Of a DNA stretch of 64,000 bases, positions 30,199 through 40,692 are shown in pieces; position 1 is the stretch's first letter; each line of letters begins with the position of its first letter. Position numbers and translations under genes: made by a program. The notes beneath the pieces were generated by a model. The model did no database searches and was not told the origin of the DNA. It saw only the letters and a program-made list of their open reading frames with translations. Where the stretch lies: the NCBI GenBank assembly GCA_020184695.1, contig JAANOX010000236.1, forward strand, positions 62,001 through 126,000, written 5' to 3'. Source of the stretch: Histomonas meleagridis 2922-C6/04-290x. Its lineage: Eukaryota > Protista > Parabasalia.

Positions 30199-33042
30199 TT
30201 AAATGCCTATTTTAACGATATTATCTTCTTTGAAATCTTTTGCAAATGGATCTTCTTCAATATTAGATTGACGGTATCCAATCGAAATGTTGTGTTCGTT
30301 TTCTGTCTCTTGGAAGACAACTTCTAAATCTTCATCATTACTTTCTTTTTGATTCCTTCGAAGGCGTATTAACAATATGATGATTAATGTAAGAATAATT
30401 ACTGCAATTGCAGCACCAACAATAATATAAATATGTGTATTAATGAGTCCTTTTTGTTCTTTTTGTTGCTCTTTTTGTAAAATAGTATAGAAATTGGAAT
30501 AAAAACTATAATACATTGAGTATATTATAATTGTATATTCATAATAAATGAATTTTGTTTCAATATATGTGGGTTGAGAATTATAAATTGTATATAAATG
30601 TGTGGTCTTTAAAAGAGTTCTTAAAAATGAATAAGATTCAGTAATTGAAAGTGAACATGTTAAAATAATAGAATGCGACATAGTAGCATCTAAAAGAAAA
30701 GTTTCTGTAAACACATTTGATTTGGTAAAAGCATTAGATTTGGAAAATATTTCAGATTTAGTAAAAGCATTTGATTTAGTGAATACATTTGATTTGGTAA
30801 AAGCATTAGATTTGGAAAATATTTCAGATTTAGTAAAAGCATTTGATTTAGTGAATACATTTGATTTAGTAAAAACATTTGATTTAGTAAAAGTGTTTGA
30901 TTTAGTAAAAACATTTGATTTAGTAAAAGTGTTTGATTTAGTAAAAACATTTGATTTAGTAAAAGTGTTTGATTTAGTAAAAACATTTGATTTAGTAAAA
31001 GTGTTTGATTTAGTGAAAACATTTGATTTGGTAAAAACATTTGATTTAGTGAAAACATTTGATTTGGTAAAAACATTTGATTTAGTAAATGTTTTTGAAA
31101 ATGTATTTGACTTTGTAAAAGTAAACGTTGGAGGAAGGCATTGATCGATTGTTGTTTTACTGGTTAACATATTCCCAAAAGAAGTACTAGTATATGCTGA
31201 TGTTACCATAATTGTATCTGTTGGAACGTTTATAAATGCATTTTCATTAAATTCTGGTTCACTATTTCCATTATAATAGATACATTTAAGTTGATTACAA
31301 TTGGCAAATGCATAATCACCGATTGTTTGAATACTTCCTTCGATATATATTACATTTAAAGCTCTACAATAATAAAATGCATGATCGCCAAAGGAAGTAA
31401 CTGATTTAGGAATTGTAACATTTGTTAGTTTTGAACAATAATAAAATACATAATCACCGATTTCTGGAATATTTCCATTGATTTCAACTGTTTCTAAATT
31501 GGAACATGATTGAAATGCACGAATTCCAAGAGATTTAAGAGAACTTGGCATTGTGAAATTTTTTAAAGCAATACATGAATAAAATGCATATTCACCGATT
31601 GTTTCTAGTTTGTTACCAACAATTATTGTTTCCAAGTACGAACAATATATAAATGCATTGTCCATAATCGTTTTAATATTATCTCCAATATCAATTGTTT
31701 TTAAAGCTTTACATTGATAAAATGATTTTATTCCAATTGTTGTGACTGAATTAGGAATCACAATTTTTATTAGTTTTGAACATAAATAAAAAGTATTTTC
31801 TCCTATTTCTGGAATATTTCCTTTGATTTCAATTGTTTCTAATTCATAGCAATATTGGAATGTATAATTTCCAAGAAATTTAAGAGAACTTGGCATTGTG
31901 AAATTTTTTAATTTTTTACATGTATCAAAGGCAAATTCATCAATTATTTCTAATTTATTTCCGATAATAATTGTTTCCAAATTTTCACAAACTAGTAAAG
32001 AACGATATCCAATTGTTTTAATATTTGTTCCTAAATTAATCGTTTTTAAACTAATACATGCATAAAAAGCACGTGTTTCAACTGTTACAATAGAATTTGG
32101 AAGAATTATAGAACTTAATGAATTGCAACCAAAAAATACATAACCACGAATCGTATCAATATTTCCATAAATTTTAACTGTTTCTAAACTAACGCAAACT
32201 TGAAAAGCAGCACCTCCAATTGATTGGACTGAACTTGGAATTTCGATGCTTTGTAAGCTGGAACAGTTATTAAATGCAAATTCATTAATTGTAGTAATTG
32301 TATTACTAAGCTGAACTGTTAAAATTGAAATCCAATTATTGAATGCAGAATATGGTAATGTCGTAACACCACTTGAAACAATTACATTTTCTGCTAAAGT
32401 GCCATAATTTTTTAAGTTTCCAATATCATCTAAATTTGTAATTGTAAGTGTTTTTGTATTAGCATCCCATGTTGCTGAAAATGAATAAATAGAAAAAAGA
32501 GAAAAAGTAAAAGGAAGAAAACTCTTTGATATTGTTATTTGGTTTTTATTAATTTTTTTATTACTGATTAATGAAACGAAACTAAAAAGAAAAACAAAAA
32601 TTAGTATCAAAAAATTGAAATTATAAATGAGATTAGGATTTTGAATATAGTATATGTTTTCATTTTGTTTTGATCCTCCTGTGAATTTCAGTATAAAAAA
32701 TACAAAATTTTTTGCATGTGAAAACAATAAATTAGAATGGTTGAATGATTTGATTTCGGATAATTTATTAATCTCAAAGGGAATTAATTGATGAGTAAAA
32801 TCTTCATATATAATTGTTCGTTTTATGAAACAATTAATACGAGTAAGCCGGAGAAATCGATTGTATATGCTAATTTTATAATTATATGCCAAACTGATCA
32901 GTTTTGTAAACAATTTTCCTGATTCATGATTTTCATTTCGTGAAAAAGACATAATGGAAACACTATTACTATCACTTCTTGTTTTCAAAAGAGATATATG
33001 TGCTAACGCAATAAAAACCATAAAGAAATAGATATTTCCCAT
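30199..33042 (-). CDS. BspA-like (TpLRR) surface protein with Ser/Thr repeat stalk, TM helix and acidic tail
   Basis: More than 15 LRR_5-type repeats (IGxxAFxxCxxLxxIxIPxSV), TKSNVF hexapeptide repeats, TM IIVGAAIAVIILTLIIILLI, tail EEDPFAKDFKED. Confidence 0.9.
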   Translation of the reverse strand: MGNIYFFMVFIALAHISLLKTRSDSNSVSIMSFSRNENHESGKLFTKLISLAYNYKISIYNRFLRLTRINCFIKRTIIYEDFTHQLIPFEINKLSEIKSFNHSNLLFSHAKNFVFFILKFTGGSKQNENIYYIQNPNLIYNFNFLILIFVFLFSFVSLISNKKINKNQITISKSFLPFTFSLFSIYSFSATWDANTKTLTITNLDDIGNLKNYGTLAENVIVSSGVTTLPYSAFNNWISILTVQLSNTITTINEFAFNNCSSLQSIEIPSSVQSIGGAAFQVCVSLETVKIYGNIDTIRGYVFFGCNSLSSIILPNSIVTVETRAFYACISLKTINLGTNIKTIGYRSLLVCENLETIIIGNKLEIIDEFAFDTCKKLKNFTMPSSLKFLGNYTFQYCYELETIEIKGNIPEIGENTFYLCSKLIKIVIPNSVTTIGIKSFYQCKALKTIDIGDNIKTIMDNAFIYCSYLETIIVGNKLETIGEYAFYSCIALKNFTMPSSLKSLGIRAFQSCSNLETVEINGNIPEIGDYVFYYCSKLTNVTIPKSVTSFGDHAFYYCRALNVIYIEGSIQTIGDYAFANCNQLKCIYYNGNSEPEFNENAFINVPTDTIMVTSAYTSTSFGNMLTSKTTIDQCLPPTFTFTKSNTFSKTFTKSNVFTKSNVFTKSNVFTKSNVFTKSNTFTKSNVFTKSNTFTKSNVFTKSNTFTKSNVFTKSNTFTKSNVFTKSNVFTKSNAFTKSEIFSKSNAFTKSNVFTKSNAFTKSEIFSKSNAFTKSNVFTETFLLDATMSHSIILTCSLSITESYSFLRTLLKTTHLYTIYNSQPTYIETKFIYYEYTIIIYSMYYSFYSNFYTILQKEQQKEQKGLINTHIYIIVGAAIAVIILTLIIILLIRLRRNQKESNDEDLEVVFQETENEHNISIGYRQSNIEEDPFAKDFKEDNIVKIGI
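30709..31125 (-). repeat. 18-bp coding tandem repeat (FTKSNV/T/A) in the BspA stalk
   Basis: Plus-strand unit TTTGATTTAGTAAAAACA and variants, about 20 copies. Confidence 0.92.
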
Positions 33043-34181
33043 TGATGAAAATTTTGATAATATCTCAAAAAGTCTAAAAAATTAACAGTTAGAATTCAAA
33101 AATTGAAAAAAATGAGCGTAACAATTGAGAATATTTCGTCAAATCGCCATTTTTAACACAACTTTTCCACTGGATTATCCGACAAAACAATACAAAACCG
33201 TTAATGTTTTTCAATGCGATAAAAATGTGAAAAGTGTAACACAATAAATTGAACGTTAAATAAATCAATTTCGTTTTCTTAAAAGTTCGAGCAATTGTAG
33301 AAACTGATTTATCTAAATTATGTTATCATTTATCATAATGGTTAATTGATGCACAACCCTATAGAAATGGGAGACCTCAAAAAAAAATCTTCTTACATTA
33401 ATGATCTGTACAGATCTTTTGCCACAACTCACAAAAACAAAATTTGCTTGGCATAAATGCATTATTTTAATGAATGATTTTATTCCATCATCAAAATTTG
33501 TTCGATTTTTATTAGAAAGAGTATATTTCAATCTCAATGATTAAATCAATATAAATACTGAATGTTAATTATGTTTTATCTAATGGAACTTCAAATTTCA
33601 AAATCCCAACGTGGAATATTCTGTAACAAGTTGAAATAATGTGATATGGATAAGAATATAATATGATGCATAATTATATATGAGAATTATTCCATTTCAA
33701 CTTTATTATTATTTTATAATAAGTAAATCACTATTTCAAATGCAAAAAAATATATGAATTTATTAAGAATTAAGAAAAAATCATTTAATTAGCTATTTTA
33801 ATTTTTTTTTAAATATTAATAATTATATTTACCTCGGTATTTATATAACATGTAAAAAAATTTGGGTTGATTTTATTAAGGATAATTCATGTTTGGGGAG
33901 TTGCAAATTACCCAGATTCAAACCGTAAAGCACGCCTTTTTGAAAAAAACTGTATTTTATTCAAAATTGCATGATGTTCGGAATTTTTGACTATCATAAC
34001 TGCCCTTTGAAAACAAAAAAGTGCAAGGAAATTTAGCAAAAAGTGTAAAACTGTTTGACAGTTGATCATTCAATCAAAAAATGATACTGAATTTTGAGTA
34101 TTATGTTGAATTGAAAAAGTGTATTGAAATCGATATTAACCAGTTGAAATTGAATTAAACCGAAGAAGTTGAACAACACAA

Positions 34182-35057
34182 ATGGAGCTATATCAACTTG
34201 AATGGATCTATGCTGCCTCTATATTTCTTTTAACTATTATTGGTAACATTGGTCCTTTGTTTATTACTGCGCCTCAGTGGACGTCACGATTAGAAGCTAT
34301 GGCTGGTGGCGTATTTCTTGGTGCTGGTCTTGCACATCTTCTTTGCGATGCAAATGAGCACCTTCACCAGGCGAAGGATATTCATTACCCAGTTGCTCCT
34401 GCTGTTGCTGTTGGAACTTTTGTTTTACTTACTTTAGTTGAATTATTTTCATATTCAGAACACGATGCAAAAGAAAAGCTAGAACAAGGAAATGATCAAA
34501 ATACTGATGTCAGCTTAATTTCACAAGTTTCATTAATGGATGATACAGAAATCCCCATTGGAGAACGACGCGATCGAAAGATCACCCATTTCGGAACTTC
34601 ACTTCGAAACATAACAGGCGCTACCATTTCCCTATATGTTATTATGGACATACATTCTGCTATTGAAGGTTTAACTCTTGGTATTCTTGATAAAAAATCC
34701 TCAATTGCAATTTTCATTGCAATTGCTTGTCACAAATCCGTTGAAGCATTTGCTCTTTCCCTCATTCTTCTTAATGACAAGCCAACAAAAGTTTTGTTTT
34801 GGATCTTAGTCATTATTTATTGTCTGATGAGTCCTGTTGCAATCATTGTTGGTCATTCGCTTCAAAGAATTAGTGGCCAATTGGCTCTCGGAATTATTGC
34901 ATCATTTTCTGCTGGAACTTTTATGTTTGTTGGATGCCACGAATGGTCTGAAATGTTCGAGCATAAGCAAGAATGGGGCGTGTGCGAAAAGGTTTGGCAC
35001 ATTCTGTTTTTCGTTCTTGGTTTGTTATGGATGCTCATCGTAGCAATCTTTGAATGA
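34182..35057 (+). CDS. ZIP-family zinc/iron transporter
   Basis: AGGVFLGAGLAHLL, MDIHSAIEGLTLG, AIACHKSVEAFAL, SFSAGTFMFVG; about 8 TM helices. Confidence 0.9.
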   Translation: MELYQLEWIYAASIFLLTIIGNIGPLFITAPQWTSRLEAMAGGVFLGAGLAHLLCDANEHLHQAKDIHYPVAPAVAVGTFVLLTLVELFSYSEHDAKEKLEQGNDQNTDVSLISQVSLMDDTEIPIGERRDRKITHFGTSLRNITGATISLYVIMDIHSAIEGLTLGILDKKSSIAIFIAIACHKSVEAFALSLILLNDKPTKVLFWILVIIYCLMSPVAIIVGHSLQRISGQLALGIIASFSAGTFMFVGCHEWSEMFEHKQEWGVCEKVWHILFFVLGLLWMLIVAIFE

Positions 35058-35695
35058 TACATATGTAATTTCCCATTTTAATTCAATAAAATGTTGGAAT
35101 ATATATAATAATATGTTTTGATTTGAATGAAAATTTCAAAATATTTGTAATTTTTTTTAGAAAGAAAAAAATGTCTGCTGATAATAAATGAATTGCATTT
35201 TCGTTACATTTTATGCTTTAATTGTTTGTTGAAATCTTTTATGACTACTTTGTTCCTATGGTAATATTTACACTAATTTCAAAAATATTGATTTTATTTC
35301 TTTTTACAATATATTTTAAGGCATATTTCTTTTAATTTGATATGAAATGGTTACCTGTATTTCTATATAATTTATTTGTCATGATGATTTTTAGTATCCG
35401 AAACATTCTAATTAATATTTTATCCATTAGAAGTTATAAGGTAAAAATTTTGGAAATTGCATTTCTTCTAATGGATAAAGATTTTAAAAGAAATTATTAA
35501 CATAGAATTTAAAAAATGATTACATTAAAGGATATATAATGAATAGGTGATAATACTAATATTAAAATGATTTTATGTGTTAATCATTATTAAAAATATC
35601 CTAATTTTGAAATATTCTTGGTTGCTTATCCAAACATTATGTAAATTTATAAAGTTATTATAAAAATAATAAAAATATAAAAAACCCTCTGTTGT

Positions 35696-35959
35696 TTAAT
35701 GATGATGTTGCATATTTTCTTCTTGTATAATATTTTCGAGGTATACGAGCTTATGCATTGCACGCTTGTGTGTTCCAAGACGTTTCTTGAGGAATGTACG
35801 TGCTGACTTCCTTTTTTCTAATTTGATAAGATCCATTGCACGACGTTCATATGGTGACCATCCAGCAAGTTCATGGATAACTTCACGAACAAACTTTGCA
35901 CGCTTTCCGCTTGATCCTTTCCTGGTTTTGGTTGCAACCTGTTTTTCAGTTCCCGACAT
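35696..35959 (-). CDS. RPL36: 60S ribosomal protein eL36
   Basis: KFVREVIHELAGWSPYERRAMDLIK...FLKKRLGTHKRA matches the eL36 core. Confidence 0.9.
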   Translation of the reverse strand: MSGTEKQVATKTRKGSSGKRAKFVREVIHELAGWSPYERRAMDLIKLEKRKSARTFLKKRLGTHKRAMHKLVYLENIIQEENMQHHH

Positions 35960-35962
35960 TGT

Positions 35963-35967
35963 AAAGG
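35963..35967 (-). promoter_or_regulatory. M5 (CCTTT) core-promoter element before RPL36
   Basis: Minus strand GACCTTTACAATG. CCTTT (M5) is the described Trichomonas vaginalis initiation element enriched in ribosomal protein genes. Confidence 0.6.
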
Positions 35968-36039
35968 TCGACCAAACCGAAAAAACCGAAATTTTGCGGG
36001 TCCAGCAAAAACATTAAAAAATTAAAAAAAATAAAAAAA

Positions 36040-36121
36040 CGACACGAACCAGATTCGAACTGATGCGGAACAAGCCCATGGGGACTCTAATCCCACGCCT
36101 TAACCACTCGGCCATCGTGTC
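36040..36121 (-). tRNA. tRNA-Ser(AGA)
   Basis: GACACGA/TCGTGTC acceptor stem, TGGCCGAGTGG A-box, GTTCGAATC T-loop, long variable arm, G73 discriminator; anticodon at 36086-36088 (minus); 82 nt. Confidence 0.85.
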
Positions 36122-36585
36122 TCTGTAAACTTCAAAAAATGATTATAACTAGTAGTATAATTTAAAGCAACTAAGTTGAAGCTACATAAAAAATTGGGAT
36201 ATTTTCTTTTTATAACTCTTTTTATCATGCTGGATGTTTAGTTACCTTTAAAATTGAAAGTTAAACAAATTATTATGAAAATTAAGTTATTAAAAATCGA
36301 ATTAAAAATTAAAAAGATAACAAAAAATGTAAAACTTTGGAAGAAAGAGTGACTGTTTTTTGGTTTTCTTTGTAAAATATATGCGACGAAAAAAATTGTT
36401 AAATCGTGAAATGAAATGATTAGATGAATGTAAAAGAATAATGAAACAAATTAATCTCCATTTTTCGAAGCATAAAAGCATTGACATTTTAGCTTTAGTT
36501 TGAACTACATCAGGATCAAATGAGTATTCTTTGGTGTTATTCAAAATTGAGGGGGTCTGTTACGATAAAATACGTTATTTTTCAG

Positions 36586-38517
36586 ATGTCAAGAACAAGA
36601 GAAAAATTGAGGACAAAGAGAAACGTGGCAACTGATGCTTCACCAAAGTATTCAGTCAAGAACAACGTGCGTCTTACCTCTGGCTTTCGTTCTGGTTTAT
36701 CCATGCGCTCAATGCAAAATCCCCAACAAAGCATTAGAAAACCACCAGATCAAGTAATCCTCACAGACGAAGAGAGGAAAGAGGAATTCAGTCGTGATCT
36801 CAAAGTTGAAGATCCTCAAGCGCCTCAATCTCTTGTTCGACTCAAATTTAGTCAAAATCAATATGAAGAAGTTGGTGTTCGTGATCCGATGATCATTAAC
36901 TACGAACAGGTTGGAAGAATTGCTTTAATTAACAAACTAAAAATCGAACAAGAAACTGAAATGAATGAAGAAGAAGATTCAGGAGATTCAAAGCAGGACA
37001 CCAAAGTGCTCCGCAATCAATTCAACTACACAGAACGAGCCACACAAAACAAAACAGCTGCTTACATGGATCAGGCTACAATAACAGAAGCACCAACTCC
37101 CAAAAATTGCACAGGTGTTACTAATGCTCGTGTCATTGGTGATGCGTATGCTAAAGACAAACACATTTCCCTTGCGCCCAAGCCACATTCAGCCTTATTT
37201 GTGACAAGAATAATGGAACGTGTTGTTAATCAAAATCTTGATCCGAATGTTGTTTTAGATTTTAGACATTTTGATGATGCTCGTGATACAATTACCAAAG
37301 ACAAAGGTTATACTCTTCCACTTTGGGAATTTTCATATGATTCTCTTAATGGTTTTTCAACTACAAGCATTGAATGGAATCCTTCTATTCCCGATTTGTT
37401 TGGATGCACTTATTCATCCACAAGTAACCAACAAAAAGGATATCTCTGCACTTGGACCCTTAAAAACCAATCAAATCCAAGAGATATAATTGAACTCAAT
37501 TCTCCGGCGGTTTCTATGAATTGGAATCCATATGAACCGTCACTTGTAGCGGTTGGCACTTTCGATGGTAACGTACACATTTTTGACGCCCGTTTACGGA
37601 ATTCGACGCCCGTTTACAGCACATCAAAAAGTGCTAAACGTCACACAAGCAGCGTAACGGTCGTTCGATGGCAGATGCCTGATACCTCCAATAATAACAC
37701 ACTTTTATCCGCGTCACTTGATGGCCGTATTATCTTATGGACGCTCATGCAAAACGAGATGAAGCCAACTGAAATTGCGACACTTCCAGCTGGCGTTGTA
37801 AGTCTCGATTATTATAATGACAAAACAACACATTTCACAGTTGCATGTGATGATGGACGTATCTATCGAGTTCTTAAGACACGTACAACCAAAGATCCAA
37901 CATCATTTGAAGCGCATTCGCCACCATGTTTTAGCATTCATCACAACAAGTTCCATCCTAATGTTTATGCCACGAGTGGTACAGATTGGTCAGTCAAACT
38001 ATGGCGTGAAGGGGAAGATACACCTTTACAAGTTTATGATTATGCGCCAAATTATGTCAACGACGTAAAATTTGCGCCGCATTCATCGACAATATTTGCG
38101 TCGATAACATCGGATGGGGAATTGTTCATTTATGACGTAGCGGTTGACAGATATAATGAAATTTGTAAGACAGATATAATCGAAGCAAATGATGGGGCAC
38201 TTACGACAATGTGTTTCCATCCAAAACTTCCAGTGATACTTATTGGAGATGACAAAGGAAGAATACACTCACTAAAAATGAGTCCGAACTTAAGAAGAAA
38301 CACACGAACAGAAAAAGAAGAAGAAGAAAAAATGAAAATAGTAAAAACCGAATCATCAAAGAACGCAAGAGGACTACTGCCGAACTTAGCAGTGCCAATT
38401 GAAGAGGACGACGACAACGGAAACACCGCATTGGAAGAGGAAGCAAGAAAGGACGCGCTGATAAGGGACGAAACAGCAAAGTTCGAGAAGTCAATGGGTG
38501 TGTCATGGGTTAAGTAG
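36586..38517 (+). CDS. DNAI1: Axonemal dynein intermediate chain (DNAI1/IC78-like), WD40 repeats
   Basis: LRNQFNYTERATQ, LPLWEFSY, WNPSIPDLFG, VAVGTFDG, SASLDGRIILW, ATSGTDWSVKLW. First ATG at 36586. Confidence 0.8.
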   Translation: MSRTREKLRTKRNVATDASPKYSVKNNVRLTSGFRSGLSMRSMQNPQQSIRKPPDQVILTDEERKEEFSRDLKVEDPQAPQSLVRLKFSQNQYEEVGVRDPMIINYEQVGRIALINKLKIEQETEMNEEEDSGDSKQDTKVLRNQFNYTERATQNKTAAYMDQATITEAPTPKNCTGVTNARVIGDAYAKDKHISLAPKPHSALFVTRIMERVVNQNLDPNVVLDFRHFDDARDTITKDKGYTLPLWEFSYDSLNGFSTTSIEWNPSIPDLFGCTYSSTSNQQKGYLCTWTLKNQSNPRDIIELNSPAVSMNWNPYEPSLVAVGTFDGNVHIFDARLRNSTPVYSTSKSAKRHTSSVTVVRWQMPDTSNNNTLLSASLDGRIILWTLMQNEMKPTEIATLPAGVVSLDYYNDKTTHFTVACDDGRIYRVLKTRTTKDPTSFEAHSPPCFSIHHNKFHPNVYATSGTDWSVKLWREGEDTPLQVYDYAPNYVNDVKFAPHSSTIFASITSDGELFIYDVAVDRYNEICKTDIIEANDGALTTMCFHPKLPVILIGDDKGRIHSLKMSPNLRRNTRTEKEEEEKMKIVKTESSKNARGLLPNLAVPIEEDDDNGNTALEEEARKDALIRDETAKFEKSMGVSWVK

Positions 38518-38931
38518 AAAAAAATGCTGTATACATAAAGATATTTCTGATAAATTTGTAATGTTTAGTAAAATGTGTACATTATCGTTGTGATGCATCA
38601 CTATAATTATATGAACTCTTTGTTTAAAATCACTGAATAATTCAGATATTCATTGGTGCTTTACATAAAAAATGGCTTGAGGACTCTTTTTATGTCTTCA
38701 TTATCGAAAAAATGAGAACAAACAACACATATAAAAAATTTCTTTTTTTTTCAAATAACTGATATTCAAAAAATAAAAGTAATATTACACATTTTACTAC
38801 AAAAGAATTAATAAATTATTTTTGGTTCCAAGATATTTTTGTTCGAAAAGTGGATTTATATCTGGTCGGACCCTGCCTAAACGGTTCTATCGACGGCTAA
38901 AATTTACAGTATAAACGGTCGTTGTATACAA

Positions 38932-38960
38932 AGCGGTTATTTCGGTTTTGTCCGGCCTTT
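38932..38960 (+). promoter_or_regulatory. M3-like (AGCGGTTA) plus M5 (CCTTT) promoter elements before RPS15
   Basis: AGCGGTTA at 38932-38939 and CCTTT at 38956-38960, 3 nt before the ATG at 38964. This pairing is described for T. vaginalis ribosomal protein genes. Confidence 0.6.
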
Positions 38961-38963
38961 GGA

Positions 38964-39386
38964 ATGTCCAAGTTCGCACAACGTAACTACACTTTCCGTG
39001 GAAAGACCCTTGATGACCTTAAGGCCATGGAACTCCCAGAATTCGTGAAGCTTCTCTCAGCACCACGCAGGCGTTATATCTCACGCTGCTTTGGTGTCAA
39101 GCATCTTCATCTTATTACCAAGCTCAAGAAAGCACGCGAAGCTGTTAAAGGCCCAGGTGAAAAGCCACCCGTTGTTAAAACACACCTTAGGTCAATGGTT
39201 GTTCTTCCAGAATTTGTCGATAACATAATCGGCATTTACAATGGAAAGGAATTTGTTGAAGTTCAAATCAAACCAGAAATGATCGGTCATGTTCTCGCTG
39301 ACTTTGCTATGAGCAAGAAAATAGTTAAGCACAGCAAAGCTGGTGTTGGTGCTACACGTAGCTCATCAGCAACATCTCTCAAATAA
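38964..39386 (+). CDS. RPS15: 40S ribosomal protein uS19 (S15)
   Basis: YTFRGKTLDDL, VKTHLRSMVVLPE, IGIYNGKEF, EIKPEMIGH-like VQIKPEMIGHVLADF, GVGATRSS. Confidence 0.94.
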   Translation: MSKFAQRNYTFRGKTLDDLKAMELPEFVKLLSAPRRRYISRCFGVKHLHLITKLKKAREAVKGPGEKPPVVKTHLRSMVVLPEFVDNIIGIYNGKEFVEVQIKPEMIGHVLADFAMSKKIVKHSKAGVGATRSSSATSLK

Positions 39387-39744
39387 AGAACATTTATTTG
39401 AAAACATGAAAATTTGACTTTTTTTTGCTTATAAATTCCATCATGCTCACATTGATCAATCAAAAATTTTTATTTCTTTAGTTCATCCTATAAATGCGTT
39501 TATCAAATAATTTTAGTGAAAATGCTACAAGGATTTCTTTGAGGTAATTTGAATTCTTTATAAAGGAAATCATTAAATATTTCAACTATATTTTATTCTT
39601 TTCTTTAAATATTTTAGGATAGTGTAAAAGAAGGCTATGCCCAAAAGATATAATATGTTGCAACATTCTTCTTTGATCAAAAGGCTTGAAATTGGTTCAG
39701 AGTTGGTTAATTATTTTCGAACAGACTTTGTTAATTTCCAGACA

Positions 39745-40209
39745 ATGCTGATCTTTTTTCTTTCATTGATTTCAGCTGAAGATTATCCATCACTCTCATT
39801 GGACGATACATATCATGAGGTTGTAATTCCTGGCGGTAGTAATGCAACATATTGGGTTCAACCAAAACTTGATCATTCTGCAATTTTAATTCTGCATAAC
39901 ATGCTTAATATTAATTGCTCTAAAAAGAACACAAAAGACACAGACTTTGTTCCAATGGGAGAAAGTAAATTCTCAAGACCTGGAAATATTACTGAATCCA
40001 GATATTTATTCCAAGAAGAAGATCCTGTTCTTTTCCGAATTTCATGTGGAGGTGATGAATGCGCTTTCGTCATCACTCATGTACATACAGACCCTGTTTA
40101 TCACACATCCTCAGTAATGGGTGCATTCAGCATTTTCGTTTGCCTATTTTTAGTTATACTTTCTTGGACAGTTTTCTGCGGCGCATGCAGAGCCACACGT
40201 AAAAGATAA
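39745..40209 (+). CDS. Hypothetical type I membrane protein
   Basis: Signal-like MLIFFLSLISA, about 110-aa ectodomain, TM AFSIFVCLFLVILSWTVFCGAC, basic tail RATRKR. Confidence 0.7.
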   Translation: MLIFFLSLISAEDYPSLSLDDTYHEVVIPGGSNATYWVQPKLDHSAILILHNMLNINCSKKNTKDTDFVPMGESKFSRPGNITESRYLFQEEDPVLFRISCGGDECAFVITHVHTDPVYHTSSVMGAFSIFVCLFLVILSWTVFCGACRATRKR

Positions 40210-40692
40210 AGAGACTATAATATAATTTATTGCTGAATGTATTTTTCTTTAAAATTTTTGATTTCATTTATTCCATAATTAATTTATTTTTAGATTCTTT
40301 TTTCCCCACTCATTTTTCAAAAACATTTTTTTTTTAGACTCAAATGGTTAATTAAATTTTACAATTTTATGGGACTTTCCAGCTGGAAACAATATGTTCA
40401 AATAATCAAAAAAATGATAATACGTTACATTGGAAGTTTTCTCGTTTTTGGACAAACAAAGAATATTTCTTTATCATATCCAAGATTAATTAATTTTACT
40501 TTCTGTTAAATGTTTGATCATTCAAAAATACACTTCACTTATTTTCCCAGTGAGTTCCAAAATTTCTGTACATATTACAGAAACAAGTATAATCTTTCAC
40601 TTTGAAACGAGATACGTTTGAAAGCTTTCATTTGACCAATTAATTATAGAAAAATGTTGCAATGAAAATTTATAAACGTACACAATAAGGAA

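Noticed and set aside
30690-31144. Overlapping repeat ORFs (MFLLNQ.. on minus, VKTFDL.. on plus)
   Set aside because: These are by-products of the stop-poor 18-bp repeat of the BspA stalk.
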